Shown here: positions 41,601-54,463 of the stretch, one piece after another
Layout of the letters: each line of letters starts with the position of its first letter
How positions within the stretch are numbered: the first letter of the stretch is position 1
IMG/VR virus record: IMGVR_UViG_3300028833_000086
Coordinates: 32,001 to 96,000 of that record
Strand: one strand, 5' to 3'
Source of the DNA: a virus
Taxonomy: Duplodnaviria; Caudoviricetes
Length of the DNA: 64,000 nucleotides
Made by a program: the position numbers and the translations under genes
Notes under the pieces: generated by a model
The model's input: only the letters and a program-made list of their open reading frames with translations
Databases searched by the model: none
What the model was told of the DNA's origin: nothing

Positions 41601-43648
41601 TGAAATGATTGATTACGAGTTTAAATTTACATGGTGCGAGCGCATACCTAAGGATCAAAAAGAAATTGATATCCATAAGATAAAGCGCGAGGCTTATGAA
41701 AAAGGATATGAAGAAGGAATGGAAGCTATCGAAAGGTATTATGCCGGAGGGAGATATTAAATGAAGATAATTAAGCAAGGTGATCCAAACAAAGCCAATA
41801 GCGGCGTAGAATTTGAGTGTGACCGATGCGGCTGTATATTTGTGGCTGATAGAACCGAGTGGGACTACACACCTCAGATAGCCCAGCAAAAGGGCGAAGG
41901 AACTTATATGTGCACATGTCCTTGTTGCGGATATAATGTGTGGAAATAAATAGGAGGATTAAAAATGAAAGTATACTTAGTACACCATGGCGAGTATAGT
42001 GATTATACAGTTGACGCGATATTTGCCGACGAGAATATGGCCGATAAGTATTGCGAGCTGCATAATAAGTATGACTACGGTTGGCATACTTATGAATATG
42101 AAGAGTGGGATACCATGCAATGCGTTATAAATATGCAAAAGGAAAGGGATCAGATTGGATATTTGTATTTCTTTGATAAAAAGGGTCACCTCAAAGAAGA
42201 AGATCCTAGCCCTAAATTAAAAATTCAGTGGCGCGAAAACGGAAAGGTTTACGTAGGCAAAAATGGATATAGCGTGACGATATTCGCCAACGACAGAAGC
42301 GAAGCTCAATGCCGCAAGATAGCGTGCGATAAGGTGGCTGCGTTCAGAGCAATGGAGGAATTAATATAATGGGAGAAAAAGAAATGGAAGGTCTCTTATA
42401 TTTCAGATCCGAAGATGGTAATTCTTATCACACATTGGGTGTTCTTAAAGAAGAAGATCTTACGCCAGAAATTAATGATAAAATTTGTCATACATTTTAT
42501 GACGCACGCACATTTTCTGGCTCTTGTACTACTCAAATAAATCTTGCCGATATGCACAAGCTGGATGTATTGCTTAGACCTTATGTAATTTGTTGTAATC
42601 CTGAAGATGAACAACTTTTTGAGGAATATAAAAAGAAGGGATTTATTATTTATACTGATGCAGTTATAGAGAAGGGAATGTGTTACATTATCGATAGAAG
42701 TAAACTTGAACTGGAGGCTGATGCATGGTACACAATGTAAAAGAACTGAGGAAGAAGGTAATGTCTAATATATTAAACATTATGGACGTTAGTGTATATC
42801 ATACTAAACATTATATTTTTTGAGGAGAAACAGAATGACATTAGAAAAGTTAAATAAAATATGCGCTGATAATAATATACCGTCTGATGTAACGCTTAGT
42901 GGCTGGGATTGCGGTTTGGCAGAAATGAATGGAGTTTGGTATAATCCTGAAACTAGAGTAATAGTATTTACTCAGCGCTTTCAAGAATTAACATCTTATA
43001 ATGATTATGAACGAACTACAGGGTATGGAGTTGATCCTAATTATATTTGTTTGTATTGTGTATAATTTGTAAACCAAAATAGTTTACATTACAAAAAAAA
43101 GTAATGTAAGGTAATGTATAAAATAATTTACATTTCAGCAATGGTCGTTTATGACGAAGAGTAAGGGAGAAATAAATTATGAAATGCGAAGATTATATTG
43201 AGATGAATAAATTGCAAGAATTAGTCACAGACATGTCTAATACATTAGACCATCACAATAAACTTACGTCAGTCGCTTATATAGGTTATAATCCAGTTTA
43301 TAACACCATAGATTGTGCATCTTATCATCGTGATATAGTTTATATTCACAAAACAAATTGCCCAAACTGTGGTGGTTTATTAGATGGAGACGAACATAGT
43401 CCATACGTTAAGTGCGCATGCTGCGGAGCTAAGATATGGTCAGAAAGAGAGGTATCGTGATGGAAGATAAACTCATTGTAACTTATGATAATAATTCAAA
43501 GGATATGCCAGCCATTGCAATAGCAAGAAAATGTGACAATGATATAACCATGCTACGCATGTATGTTGGTAAAAGAGCAGAGGATCTATATCGCATAATC
43601 ACTGATCAGAGCGTAAAGTTTAAAATTGTGGAGGATAAGGAGCGATAA
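38680..43648 (+). other. Cluster of about 15 small hypothetical genes, several with Zn ribbons (incl. 39406..40116)
   Basis: Coupled ORFs with RBSs. Confidence 0.55.
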
Positions 43649-43650
43649 TT

Positions 43651-44835
43651 ATGCTTAAAGGTGTTCGTATTAGGATATATCCTAATAAAACGCAGAAAAA
43701 GTTAATATCGAAAACCTTTGGCTGTTGTAGGCTTATTTACAATAAAGGTCTTGCTTTGCGTAAAGATACCTATGAGTCTACAAAGGAATCTATTGGTTAT
43801 AAGGAAACCAGCGCTATGCTTACGGCTTTAAAGAAAGAGGATGATTTCTCTTTTTTAAAGGAAGTAGACTCCGTATCTTTACAACAATCCTTACGGGATT
43901 TAGATAAAGCATATAAGAACTTTTTCCGTACAAAGACAGGATATCCTAAATTTAAGTCAAAGCATAATCCTTTACGCAATTATCGTACTCAAAATGTAAA
44001 TAATAGTATTTGTGTTACTTTGGATGGCAAGCATATTAAGTTGCCTAAATTAGGCTATGTAAAGGCTAAATGCTCATACGACCTCACCTCTGCTAAAATT
44101 AATAATGCTACGATAGAACAACTACCAAGTGATAAATATTACTGTGTTCTTAATATCGAAGTAAAAACACCTACGTATACCAATGATGGTTGTATGGTAG
44201 GTATTGACCTTGGTATTAAGGATTTCTATACCGATAGCAATGGTTACAAATGTCCTAACCATAAATGGATTGCTAAATCTATAGCTAAACTCCGTAAAGA
44301 GCAACGGAAACTTTCTAAAATGATAGAAAGTCATATTGTAGAGTATAAAATCATTAAAGGTTATAGACATCCTGTATATGATAAACCGCTATCAGAATGT
44401 AAAAATATCCAAAGACAGCGTATCAAGGTAGCAAAAATACAAGAACATATTGCTAACCAAAGAAACGACTTCTTACAAAAAGAGTCAACCAAACTTGTGA
44501 AAGAAAACCAAATCATAGGTTTAGAAGACTTAAATATTAGAGGAATGGTTCGTAATCATAAGTTAGCAAAATCCATTTACGATGTATCGTGGTCAAAGTT
44601 TGTATCCATGCTCAAATACAAAGCACCTTTGTATGGTACAGAGATCATTAAAGTACCAAGGTTCTATGCAAGTAGCCAACTTTGCAACTGTTGTGGCTAT
44701 CAAAACAAGGAAACTAAAAATCTTCTTGTTAGAGAATGGACTTGTCCAGTCTGTGGTACTTACCACGATAGAGATGAAAATGCTGCTATCAATATTTTAA
44801 ATAAGGCTTTAGAAATTAGGAATAAGGTTGCCTAA
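43651..44835 (+). CDS. tnpB: TnpB RNA-guided endonuclease (IS200/IS605 family)
   Basis: RIYP...FGCCR..YN HTH; Ruv[20 protein letters not shown]; C..C/C..C finger. Confidence 0.93.
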   Translation: MLKGVRIRIYPNKTQKKLISKTFGCCRLIYNKGLALRKDTYESTKESIGYKETSAMLTALKKEDDFSFLKEVDSVSLQQSLRDLDKAYKNFFRTKTGYPKFKSKHNPLRNYRTQNVNNSICVTLDGKHIKLPKLGYVKAKCSYDLTSAKINNATIEQLPSDKYYCVLNIEVKTPTYTNDGCMVGIDLGIKDFYTDSNGYKCPNHKWIAKSIAKLRKEQRKLSKMIESHIVEYKIIKGYRHPVYDKPLSECKNIQRQRIKVAKIQEHIANQRNDFLQKESTKLVKENQIIGLEDLNIRGMVRNHKLAKSIYDVSWSKFVSMLKYKAPLYGTEIIKVPRFYASSQLCNCCGYQNKETKNLLVREWTCPVCGTYHDRDENAAINILNKALEIRNKVA

Positions 44836-45003
44836 TTTCCCCATAAACTACCGTAGGGACTACGGGAAGTTACGCCTGTGGAGTGTATGTAAGTCGCTTC
44901 TACTCCTGTCCGTAGGACAGGCTTCGGAGTGCAACCGCACAGAGAAGCAGGAATCCTATTAGTTTTAGCTGATGGGTGGTTCAAAAATTTCTGCTGTATT
45001 TTG
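44836..45003 (+). ncRNA. TnpB reRNA scaffold / right end plus putative guide
   Basis: ACCGTAGG..CTACGGGAAGTTACGCCTGTGGAG...GAAGCAGGAATCC...TTTAG...GGTTCA (44983), then AAAATTTCTGCTGTATTTTG. Confidence 0.75.
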
Positions 45004-45012
45004 GACATTAAC

Positions 45013-45041
45013 TTGACAAAATAACATATAAATGATAATAT
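45013..45041 (+). promoter_or_regulatory. SigmaA-type promoter
   Basis: TTGACA-17-TAATAT, TG extension. Confidence 0.65.
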
Positions 45042-45089
45042 ATAAGAGAAGTGAGTCCCACTTCTCTTTATTTATTAGGGGTATAACAA

Positions 45090-48000
45090 ATGAGAAATAG
45101 ATATGCTGGAACTTGTTATAAATGCGGTTGCCATGTGCCTGTTGGTTTTGGATTCTTTGAAAGACATCAAGGCGGATGGAGAGTGCAATGTGTAAAGTGC
45201 TGCGATGGACGTGACGCCAAGGAGACTGACAAGGAAGTGTTAAGAGCAAAGAGATTGAGAGGTGAGTGAATGAAACTGATAATTGATCTTCCTGAGTTAG
45301 ACTATGAATGTGCTAAACAGCGATGGATGATGGGATATGATGCTCATAAAATAGATTACTACATATCGAAAGGTACATTGCTTGACAGAATGACAAACGG
45401 AGAAGTAATGATAACGTTATGCCCGAATCTAAACAAAGAACAACTAATATGGTTTTTTGGTGAGGATTGGTGGAACGCACCTTATCAGAAAGGCGGTGAA
45501 GAATGAACACATACACGATTTATCTTGATGATGAAGAAGAAACAGAAATAACTGTTAATGCCGATTCCTTTGAAATATCCAAGGATAATGAATACGTCAA
45601 CTTCAAACATGGTATGCAGATCATCGGCTTTTTCAAGATGTGCGAAATTATTGGAGTTGCAAAGGAGTGAGTGAATGAGCGATACAGTAAAACTAATTAT
45701 AGAGATACCCAAAGACTACTACGAAGCGTTATCAAAAACCAAAGAAATAATATCTTCGCAAAGAAGTGGCAAAACTCTTATGAGTGTTATCTATTCTGCC
45801 GTAGCCAAAGGCACTCCACTTGATGATGTAAAGGACATAATACGAGATAAAAAGGCGGCTGAAACCGATGTAGCCAGAGAATATTATAATCTGGGGCTTG
45901 GCGATGCGATAAATATTCTTGACTATGTAGGCAAGGCAGAAAGTGAAGATAAGGAATGAAACTAATCGTTGAAAAGCAAGGTGAGATCGTCAAAGCAATC
46001 AAAGCCGAATATACTCCAGCAGAAGCACTCATAATCAATCACGCTATGCGCAGATATGCTTGTGATGAAGAAGTGAACGCAACAGACCGTGAGATTATGG
46101 AACAGATGCTTGATGTTAAGCCGATCTTCAGAAATATAAGGGCAGAAAGTGAGGACGCTCTTGGCAAGATAAGGGCAGAGATAGAGGAAAAATACGGCGA
46201 CTATGATATCTGCGAATGGTTTGAAGATTATGACTACGAAGAAAATGATATTTCAGAATACAGCCCGATAGGAAAAATAGCTGATATATTGCAGATTATC
46301 GACAAGTACAAAGTAGAAAGTGAGGATAGGTGATGCTTATAAAGTTATATCTTTTCTTTACTTTATTTATTGGAATGACTACATACATATCATTAAAGGC
46401 TATTGAGTGGTTCACAAATTAAGAAAGTGAGAATAAGGAATGGCAGAACAAGATACACCTAAAATGACACATGATGAAATGATTGATACCTTAAAGGGGT
46501 TGGTATTTGGTACTTTTGATAGAACGACAGCAAAAGAACGTGAAGCCCTTGATATGGCTATATCGGATTTATCCGAGAACAAGGGAGAGTGGATTCCTGT
46601 TTCCGAGAGATTGCCCGAAGATGGAAAATACGTTTTATTCTGCGACATTGATGATGATATTATGATTGGATATCACGTTAAGGGCAGACCTGTCACGCAC
46701 TTTTTACAAGACGGGACTTATGAGGATATGAAGAACGTGAGAGCGTGGCAACCTTTACCCGAACCCTATAAGGCAGAAAGCGAGGTAAGTAAATGAAAAA
46801 TAGATTTGTCATAATTCATTGTCCTTATACAGGAAGAAATTATATTTACACCAAAACAATCGTTAACGGCAAGATTTGTGTTGACATAGTAAGGATTGAT
46901 TAGGAGAAAGGTGGTGAGTAAATGACAGTAAAGGAACTTAAAGAAGAGTTAAACGATATGCCCGAAGATAATATCGTTCAGATATTTAACCCGTACAAAA
47001 ATACGTCCTATGAAATCGGGTTTGTTGAAAAAGGGGACGAGTGCATAATATCAGAAAAAGGCTATGTGTTTATCAACGTCAGATAAGGAGTGAGTAAATG
47101 AGTGATTTAATAGACAGAGAAGCGGTTATAGATGCGATAGCAGATACTATTGTGTACGGGGAGAGTCTTGGATATGTACGTGCAGAAGAAATTGTGAGTG
47201 AGATTCCGTCTGTAGAGAACAAGGGAGAGTGGATAAGATTTAAGAACTTTGAAAATGGTTACTACCATATCAAATGTTCTAAATGCGGTCAGTATTGGAG
47301 CATAGACGACCACGCAAAGATTTTCAAATATTGCTTCAATTGCGGGGCAGATATGAGAGGTGAAACATGAGTAGAAAAATAACAATGCCAAAATGCCCGT
47401 ATTGCGGCAAAGAAAAAGAATATCGAGTAGGCGACTATGACACATCAAGGTTAGTATCAATGGCAATAGGTACAGGCAGTAGTGATATCACCATTAGATG
47501 TGTGGAATGTGGTAAGGATTATAAAGTCAGTTGTAACATCAAATTTTACGGCAGAAAGAGAGGATAACCCAAGTGATAAAACATAATCTACTTAATATTG
47601 GATATCTGAAAGGTAAGAAAGACGGAGAAAGAGAAATTCTCATTAAAGTAAGAGACGAGATTATAAGAGCTGGACTTTGTGATGTAGTTAGCATAGGCAG
47701 TGATGATCTGCTTGTAGGCGAAATTAATATAAGAGATGTAATAAAAATTATTGACAAATATATAGAGGGTGGAATAAATGATGTCAGTTTCGGATCTGTC
47801 TGATATGTTAATTGTTTCTTTTGACTAGGAGATATGAAATTAATGGAAATTAATGACGATATAACTGTAAATGGAAGTATATTATATATGGCTCATGGCA
47901 ATGATTTTGATATATATAAAATTAAGCTAAAAAGTGGGGACGTTATTTGGATCAGAGATGTGGACGTTAATACGGTTCGTCCTCATATGCCAATACCAAC

Positions 48001-50380
48001 AGAAGATAGGAGGACAGGATCATGATTAAAGAAATAGTTATATGTGATCGGTGTGGAAAAGAAGTAAAACAACCAGCTAAAATTTATATGCGTAAAACTA
48101 AATACGCTATTATGGGCTGGAGCATATCAGAAGATCGCATTGAACTTTGTGAGGAATGTGGATGTGAGCTTAAGAGATGGTTAAAAGAAGGAGGCATATA
48201 TCATGATTAATCCAATAACCAGTTTATTGTCAGTAATACTCAAACCACCCTCAGTTATTACGCCCGATGCTGTGGCATCCGAGATCAAGGTGGATAACGA
48301 GCAAGACGCAGTACAGGCAGAGATTGCAGTCAATAAGATCCAGCACTATCTGAGCGCTGGCGAGAACATTGATGAATCTACTTGATATTATAATATATGT
48401 GTGATATATTATTTTACGCGGGAGGTAATATTATGAATAATATTTTTAAAGCAATAGGTTCACTTACATTCAATGCTATGCTGATTTTACTACCAATGGT
48501 TACAGTGATGGCAATACAAAACAACAGGCCAGTGGCGACAATACTTGTCATAATAACAATAGTGCAGTGGATCCTTAGCAGCATCTTGTGGTACTGCTGG
48601 ACGGAGGTAATATATGGTGAATAATGCAGGAGGATTTCCCCTTAATAAAAGTTTGTCGGAAATTGATCAGACTTTTAATTGTGTGTGTAATGCATTAATA
48701 GAAAAGCAAACTGACTATAAGGTGCTTAAAAAACAATACGACGAACTGCTCGAAAAATATCTGGATCGAATTGATAAGTCAGAGAAAACGTGTGCTGAGT
48801 GTAACATAATTGAGTCTCTATGTGAGGATAATAAGAAGCTTAGACTTGAGAATTACCAGTTACAAAAAAGAATTTCGGAACTTGAATGTCCATGGAGGAA
48901 ATAATTATGAATAAACGACAAGCCAAAAAGAAGCGTACTTATCTTGAGGATCGTGAGTATATGGAGTTCATGTGTGGTGGTCGTATAGACAATTATACCC
49001 AGTTACGCAAGATTACCCGTTTTGTAAAAGGAGAGGTGTCTTATGGCAAGAACAGAAGAGTTTAATCGTGGAGCTGAATGTATGCTCGCTGCTATCAAAT
49101 ATCTTTATGATAATACCGATGAGGTGAAAGATTTTGATCACATAGGTTTTCATATTCCAACCCGCGGCGTTTATTGTTGGTCAGATGCTTTTAAAAAAGT
49201 CATAGATGATTATAGTCCAGATGTAATAATATCTACTGTCACTAATCATATAGAGAAAATGAGTGAGGTTACCATTGGATCTCTTACAGAGGAGGATGTA
49301 CTCGAACTTCGTGATCGATATGGTGACGAGGTTGAATCTGTAGTTAGAGATATGCTGAGTGGTAAGAATAAGCGTTGGGAACGTCGTGGCACGCGTGCCG
49401 CAATGGGAGGCTGATATGTTTAAAGGCAGAAATACAGGATGCACATGTATAGGAATGTTGGATATGATAACGAATATTAGTATGAGGACAACTTGTCTTT
49501 CTAATATATCTTATGCCATAGATATCGGTTATTATAACGGTAAAAATGTTCGCCTTGAATATGACGATATTGATGCTCGAGATCATGATTATCTTAAACT
49601 TTTAGAGGAGATAGAAAATGTTGAGAGAATTAGACTTGAAACTTATAAAAGCGGAGGAGAATGGGTTTTTCCCACTTAAGCCAGTAAACTTTGCCATTGG
49701 TAAAGTGCTTCGTAAATACTACGCACATGAGATCACTGAGCACTGGTACGATTCTATGGCTCCTGAATGTGAGAGATGCGAAGATTGTCAATGCGAAAAG
49801 TGTGAAGTGTGGGAAAGATATAGAGGTAGCGAAGAACAATTATCTTATGCGAATTGGATTGATGCATGGGGTGCTGGGATCTGGGGTATGACACAACAAG
49901 AAGTTGATGATTTTGCCAAAGAGCTCTTGACAAAACACATTACAAAAGATAAGGGGCATAAGGAAAGATTATTCTACAGTACCACCTCTGATCCCAATCA
50001 GTTAATTATCTTTTACTATAATCGTGATCGACAGGGTAGCGACTATTGGTTTATATTTCAGAAGAAAGGAACAAATATAGGTGATAGAAACTAACGTAAT
50101 GACAACATGGACAAGTGGAACCGAAACAACAATTAAGATCGTCGCAGTCTTATTGATTGTTTGCCTAGTAATTGTTCGTAACCTATCAAAATAATGGTAA
50201 GATTGATAAAATTTACCATCAAAATGGAGGTATGGTATGATAAAAATTGAAGTATATAATGAAGATGCAACCGAATTAATTCGCATGTCTAGTCGTCTTG
50301 GAACTACAATAGCGGAAGTGATCAGTGTGTTGCTGGAAATTCATGGCGGAGATATAATGAGTGAATATGAAAAAGTTAAG
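45090..50380 (+). other. Cluster of about 20 small accessory genes (nin-like region)
   Basis: Coupled small ORFs, Zn ribbons, shared junction repeats. Confidence 0.55.
46440..46796 (+). CDS. DUF551-domain protein
   Basis: WIPVSERLPE...V.AWQPLPEPY. Confidence 0.8.
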   Translation: MAEQDTPKMTHDEMIDTLKGLVFGTFDRTTAKEREALDMAISDLSENKGEWIPVSERLPEDGKYVLFCDIDDDIMIGYHVKGRPVTHFLQDGTYEDMKNVRAWQPLPEPYKAESEVSK

Positions 50381-50409
50381 GAAGAGAGTTGATCTCTTCC
50401 TTTTTTTTT
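50378..50409 (+). terminator. Rho-independent terminator
   Basis: AAGGAAGAGA-gttga-TCTCTTCCTT, T-tract. Confidence 0.85.
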
Positions 50410-50691
50410 ATATACACAACTACACAAGAAAGTTTTCTTAATTTTTTATAAAATCTCTTGACAAAATTCTAAAAGGTACTTGATTTTGATCTTCGTGTGT
50501 GATACACTTGGTTATAGATAATAATAAGATAAATGATTTAAACAAGTAGTGATAATACATAATAACAAATCATCTATTAAACATTAAATCAATTCAGCAA
50601 ATAGTAATAATAAAAATGTGATGTTACGCGATAACTATATAATAATAAGACTTTTTCATTTTGTTCCGCTAATGCGGAGAGAGGAGCTCAT

Positions 50692-51900
50692 ATGAGAGGA
50701 AAAGAGGAGTTGTGTAAGAGGTTAACGACTGAGTTAACAAAAAAAATTACCACTAATACGTTCTCATATAAAAAGGAGGTAACAAATATATGTACCAGTC
50801 TTAATGACGCGCACGGTATTCCAATTGATGTGGCAAGAGATATATTTTGTTTAACTAAGGATCTGGTATTTGAATCTGAATTTATAATCTATTGTTTCTG
50901 CGATAAGTTGTTGCCACATTTAGTTCCACAATATTATGACAAGAAAGAAATTGATGTTTATAAGACAATGAGATATGAATCAACTGGAGTCACCTTCCCA
51001 ATTCATATTCCAGTTATTCAAGTATCCGATGATCAATGGATTGGATCAATTACTGCAAGAAAATTATTGGAGTTAAAAAATGCGGATTTAATTAATTATA
51101 ATAAAAATGCACAGCGTACAATGAAACATGTTATTAAAGGCGATGCGGAATATTTCCGAATAGCTCTTAATAAAAATGCTGTCAAAAAGATTAAAGAATT
51201 ATATTTATCTGGTGTGTATATACCAAACACAATTACTCTTAATCTACCCGAAGAAGAAACCATTTTTAAGTATGATGAAGATAAAAAAGAAATTGTTATC
51301 AAAGAGATTAAAGCCTTTGATATTACAGATGGTTATCACCGCTTTGTTGCCATGTGCGACATAATGAACACGGATGATATATTTGATTACCCCATGGAGC
51401 TGCGCATTACAAATTTCCCTGATAATAAAGCTTTGCAGATGATATGGCAAGAAGATCAGAAAACAAAAATGCGCAGAATTGACAGCGACACATATAATCA
51501 AACTTTATTTGGTACTAAGGTTGCTGATTTTCTCAATATATCCACTACCTCAAATCTTAACGGTTTGATTTCGCGTAATGGTGGAATAGTAAATGCATCA
51601 TGGTTATCAGCGTGTATTGATGCTCTTTGGTTTAAAGATAAGAACGCTCAAGATAATTGGATTCAAACAAGAAAGGATATACTAAACAGGATAAATGAAT
51701 TAACTGATGAGAATCCAAAGATTCTTTCTAAACCTTGGTCGTATATTTATCTTGTCACATTCTTATTTGCCGCACGTGAGATGCGAGATACAGGCTGGAT
51801 AAATGATAGTGTTGAAAAAATAGAAAAGGATCATAAAGAATTATTTATTCCTTCACCACGTAAAATAACAGCGCAAATCAAAATATTAAATAAGATTTAA
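50692..51900 (+). CDS. DndB/DGQHR (ParB-like) domain protein, SPbeta YopQ-like
   Basis: AQR, PNTITLN, DITDGYHR. Confidence 0.72.
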   Translation: MRGKEELCKRLTTELTKKITTNTFSYKKEVTNICTSLNDAHGIPIDVARDIFCLTKDLVFESEFIIYCFCDKLLPHLVPQYYDKKEIDVYKTMRYESTGVTFPIHIPVIQVSDDQWIGSITARKLLELKNADLINYNKNAQRTMKHVIKGDAEYFRIALNKNAVKKIKELYLSGVYIPNTITLNLPEEETIFKYDEDKKEIVIKEIKAFDITDGYHRFVAMCDIMNTDDIFDYPMELRITNFPDNKALQMIWQEDQKTKMRRIDSDTYNQTLFGTKVADFLNISTTSNLNGLISRNGGIVNASWLSACIDALWFKDKNAQDNWIQTRKDILNRINELTDENPKILSKPWSYIYLVTFLFAAREMRDTGWINDSVEKIEKDHKELFIPSPRKITAQIKILNKI

Positions 51901-51919
51901 CAGAGAGGGGGTGGCTATT

Positions 51920-52855
51920 ATGTTTAACAAAGAAATAAAAGAGGAATTTATTCAGTCAGCAGCACAAACAAATTCAAATATCGTCGAGTATATGGAGCGT
52001 GTATTTGATCGAGCCGAAGAAACGGAAATATTAATTAAAAAAGATATGCGTGATTGGAATACGGCTGATATTATTACGTTTTACAAGATGCAATTTTACA
52101 CATCGTATTCTACTCTTAAAGTTCTTAATACCATGTTGTCCAATTATACAGAATGGTGCTTAAGACATAATCTTGTAGCTGATAGCCAGAATCATTATGA
52201 TGAGTTGTCGGTAAAGACACTTATGTCGTGTGTTAATACGGCCCTTGCTAAGACTGGTATATTTACTCGCAAGCAGCTTCTGGCTAATATTGAAGGATTC
52301 TTTAATGTAAGCGATAAGTTTCTTGTCTTGGGCTTATTTGAAGGTTTAATGGGCACAGGAATGAGTGATTTTTGGAATATCACATCAGAAGATATAGACG
52401 GCAACAAACTTAATCTTAAGGGCAGCGGAAGAGTGTTAGAAGTGTCTGATGAATTAATTCATTTTGCTTATAATTCTATCGATGAATTTGATTATCATCC
52501 GTTTGTTAATACTGAAAGTGATAGCACCCCTAAGGATAAGAGTTTTGCAGTTGATGATCCGCGAGTAATTAAGGCTATGTGGAATACATCAGTAGAAAAT
52601 GACGCAATACTTCGTAGACGCATGATGAATAGACTTGCACGTTTGACCAGAAGCGACGAGCAACCTTATAGACGTGGACTATTAATGGAGTCTGGACGAA
52701 TAGATGCTATTAAACACTACATGAAACAAGATGAATGTAATGATATTCGTACTGTTTATAAAAAACATAAAGACGAATTGGAATACAGATATAATACTGT
52801 ATATGATCTCGGATCTTGGATTCTTCAGTATTCATCGCATTTTGAACAGGCTTGA
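51920..52855 (+). CDS. Catalytically dead recombinase-fold protein, MrpR/YopR-like lytic repressor
   Basis: MFN.E.K..F, Y..WC, N.SDK....GLFEG, ESGRI; no HxxR/Y set; follows the YopQ-like gene. Confidence 0.65.
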   Translation: MFNKEIKEEFIQSAAQTNSNIVEYMERVFDRAEETEILIKKDMRDWNTADIITFYKMQFYTSYSTLKVLNTMLSNYTEWCLRHNLVADSQNHYDELSVKTLMSCVNTALAKTGIFTRKQLLANIEGFFNVSDKFLVLGLFEGLMGTGMSDFWNITSEDIDGNKLNLKGSGRVLEVSDELIHFAYNSIDEFDYHPFVNTESDSTPKDKSFAVDDPRVIKAMWNTSVENDAILRRRMMNRLARLTRSDEQPYRRGLLMESGRIDAIKHYMKQDECNDIRTVYKKHKDELEYRYNTVYDLGSWILQYSSHFEQA

Positions 52856-52897
52856 CATTTTTGTGGTTCGATGGTATTATAATCGAACAGATGTTTT
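52852..52897 (+). promoter_or_regulatory. SigmaA promoter with Gram-positive LexA (SOS) box over +1
   Basis: TTGACA-17-TATTAT, then CGAACAGATGTTTT (GAAC-N4-GTTY). Confidence 0.72.
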
Positions 52898-52923
52898 GAT
52901 GACACAATAACGGAGGATATTAT

Positions 52924-53193
52924 ATGTGTAAAACAATGATCTCTTATAATAATTTTTTAACTAAGGTATTATATAAAAATCTTTTTGTGAGTACTGGATT
53001 TTTCAAAATGGATATGCATGCTGATCATGTTTTAATTGGCGGAGAGATAGAAGATATCAGTACTGAAGCGTCTATTACAGTTAAGCCTACTGATAATATT
53101 TATGAAATTTACGAGGATGATGAAATATTGTTTGAGATAAAAGACGAGGATGATAACACAAAATTGTATATTTTTGTTAGGGATACTACTTGA
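52924..53193 (+). CDS. Small acidic protein under predicted SOS control
   Basis: GGAGG RBS directly after the SOS box. Confidence 0.6.
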   Translation: MCKTMISYNNFLTKVLYKNLFVSTGFFKMDMHADHVLIGGEIEDISTEASITVKPTDNIYEIYEDDEILFEIKDEDDNTKLYIFVRDTT

Positions 53194-53218
53194 CATAAAT
53201 ACAATAATGTGTTATTAT
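53190..53218 (+). promoter_or_regulatory. SigmaA-type promoter of the replication operon
   Basis: TTGACA-17-TATTAT with TGTG extension. Confidence 0.75.
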
Positions 53219-53282
53219 AATTATGTCGCCCAGATGGGCACAATCAAATTAACATTATTACAAAGAAAGGACAGAGAGAATT

Positions 53283-54404
53283 ATGAGATTTAAGTTCACA
53301 GGAAATGCTCATGCAGAAACCGACGAGAGTAAGAAGGGTTATTACAATCGTAGCGGTACAGCAAAGAATGGACAGCCCTACAGCAGCGTCTCGCTGTCAG
53401 TAGCGTCCTCAGCCAACAACAGAGGATATGTTGAATGCTTCGGTATGAAGCAGGATCCTATCCACACATTCGACACAGACGGAAAGAAGATTGATATCGA
53501 TTGGGATGATCGTGAGAGCGAGGGAGTCCTTAAGACCGTTCGTTCCAAGAATGTACTGAACTTCACTGAGGAAGGCAGAAAGGAGTTCATAGCAAGTAAG
53601 GATGTGGCAGATTTTATTATTGATCACATCTTCGAACTTGACAAGAAGAAGGTTACTATTACTGGTCAGGTTCAGAAAGACTTTTATAACGGCGCCGCAA
53701 GAGATAGATTTGTAATCTCAAGTATTTTTGTAGCTGAAGATTCAGTTAAAAATGGATTAAATATTTTGGGTGACTTCTTCTTTACCAAGGATAGCATGGA
53801 TACTTCTGAGTGGAAGAAAGAAAAGAAGCTTATCATTGACGGTTATACCAAAGAGTATGTATCATCTGAAAAGAAGCAGATGTATGTACCTCGCCAGCTT
53901 ATCTTTGATTGTTCAAAGATCGACTTTGACAATGATAAGCATGTGAGCCTTGTAAACTATAGACTTGCTCAGATTGGGCTTGCTCTTGACGGAGATAGCA
54001 TTAAGAATAATCTTAAGGCTAAAAAGGTTTACAAGATTGCAGTAATCATTTCTTATACCAACGGACAGGAAGAGATTGCTTTTGATGAAAAAGAGCTTAC
54101 TGAGAACCAGAGAACTGCTATTGATCTGGGCCTCAAGACTCTTGACGACTTCAGACCTAAGGGTAAGATTTATGGAGACAGAAAAGTTGAGTATAAACTC
54201 GTAGACTTTGATCTCAGGGATGACTACGCAGACGGCTGTATAGAAATCGACGATACACTTTCAGAATTTGAAGACGAGATTTATATCCCCGCTGAGCCTG
54301 AGAACGAGGAAGATGTTTTTATAAATAAGCCTACTGAGAAGAACGCTGAAACAAAAGACGATGATGATGAGGAAGAAGATGATGATCTTGATCTCTTCAA
54401 CTAA
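53283..54404 (+). CDS. Probable ssDNA-binding protein (SPbeta YorF-like)
   Basis: Very acidic tail ending DDLDLFN; position before the AAA gene. Confidence 0.55.
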   Translation: MRFKFTGNAHAETDESKKGYYNRSGTAKNGQPYSSVSLSVASSANNRGYVECFGMKQDPIHTFDTDGKKIDIDWDDRESEGVLKTVRSKNVLNFTEEGRKEFIASKDVADFIIDHIFELDKKKVTITGQVQKDFYNGAARDRFVISSIFVAEDSVKNGLNILGDFFFTKDSMDTSEWKKEKKLIIDGYTKEYVSSEKKQMYVPRQLIFDCSKIDFDNDKHVSLVNYRLAQIGLALDGDSIKNNLKAKKVYKIAVIISYTNGQEEIAFDEKELTENQRTAIDLGLKTLDDFRPKGKIYGDRKVEYKLVDFDLRDDYADGCIEIDDTLSEFEDEIYIPAEPENEEDVFINKPTEKNAETKDDDDEEEDDDLDLFN

Positions 54405-54463
54405 CTTGACAGTATAACAATGTGTGGCGTAACTGCCCCACGAGATTAAAAAGGAGAAAAGAA

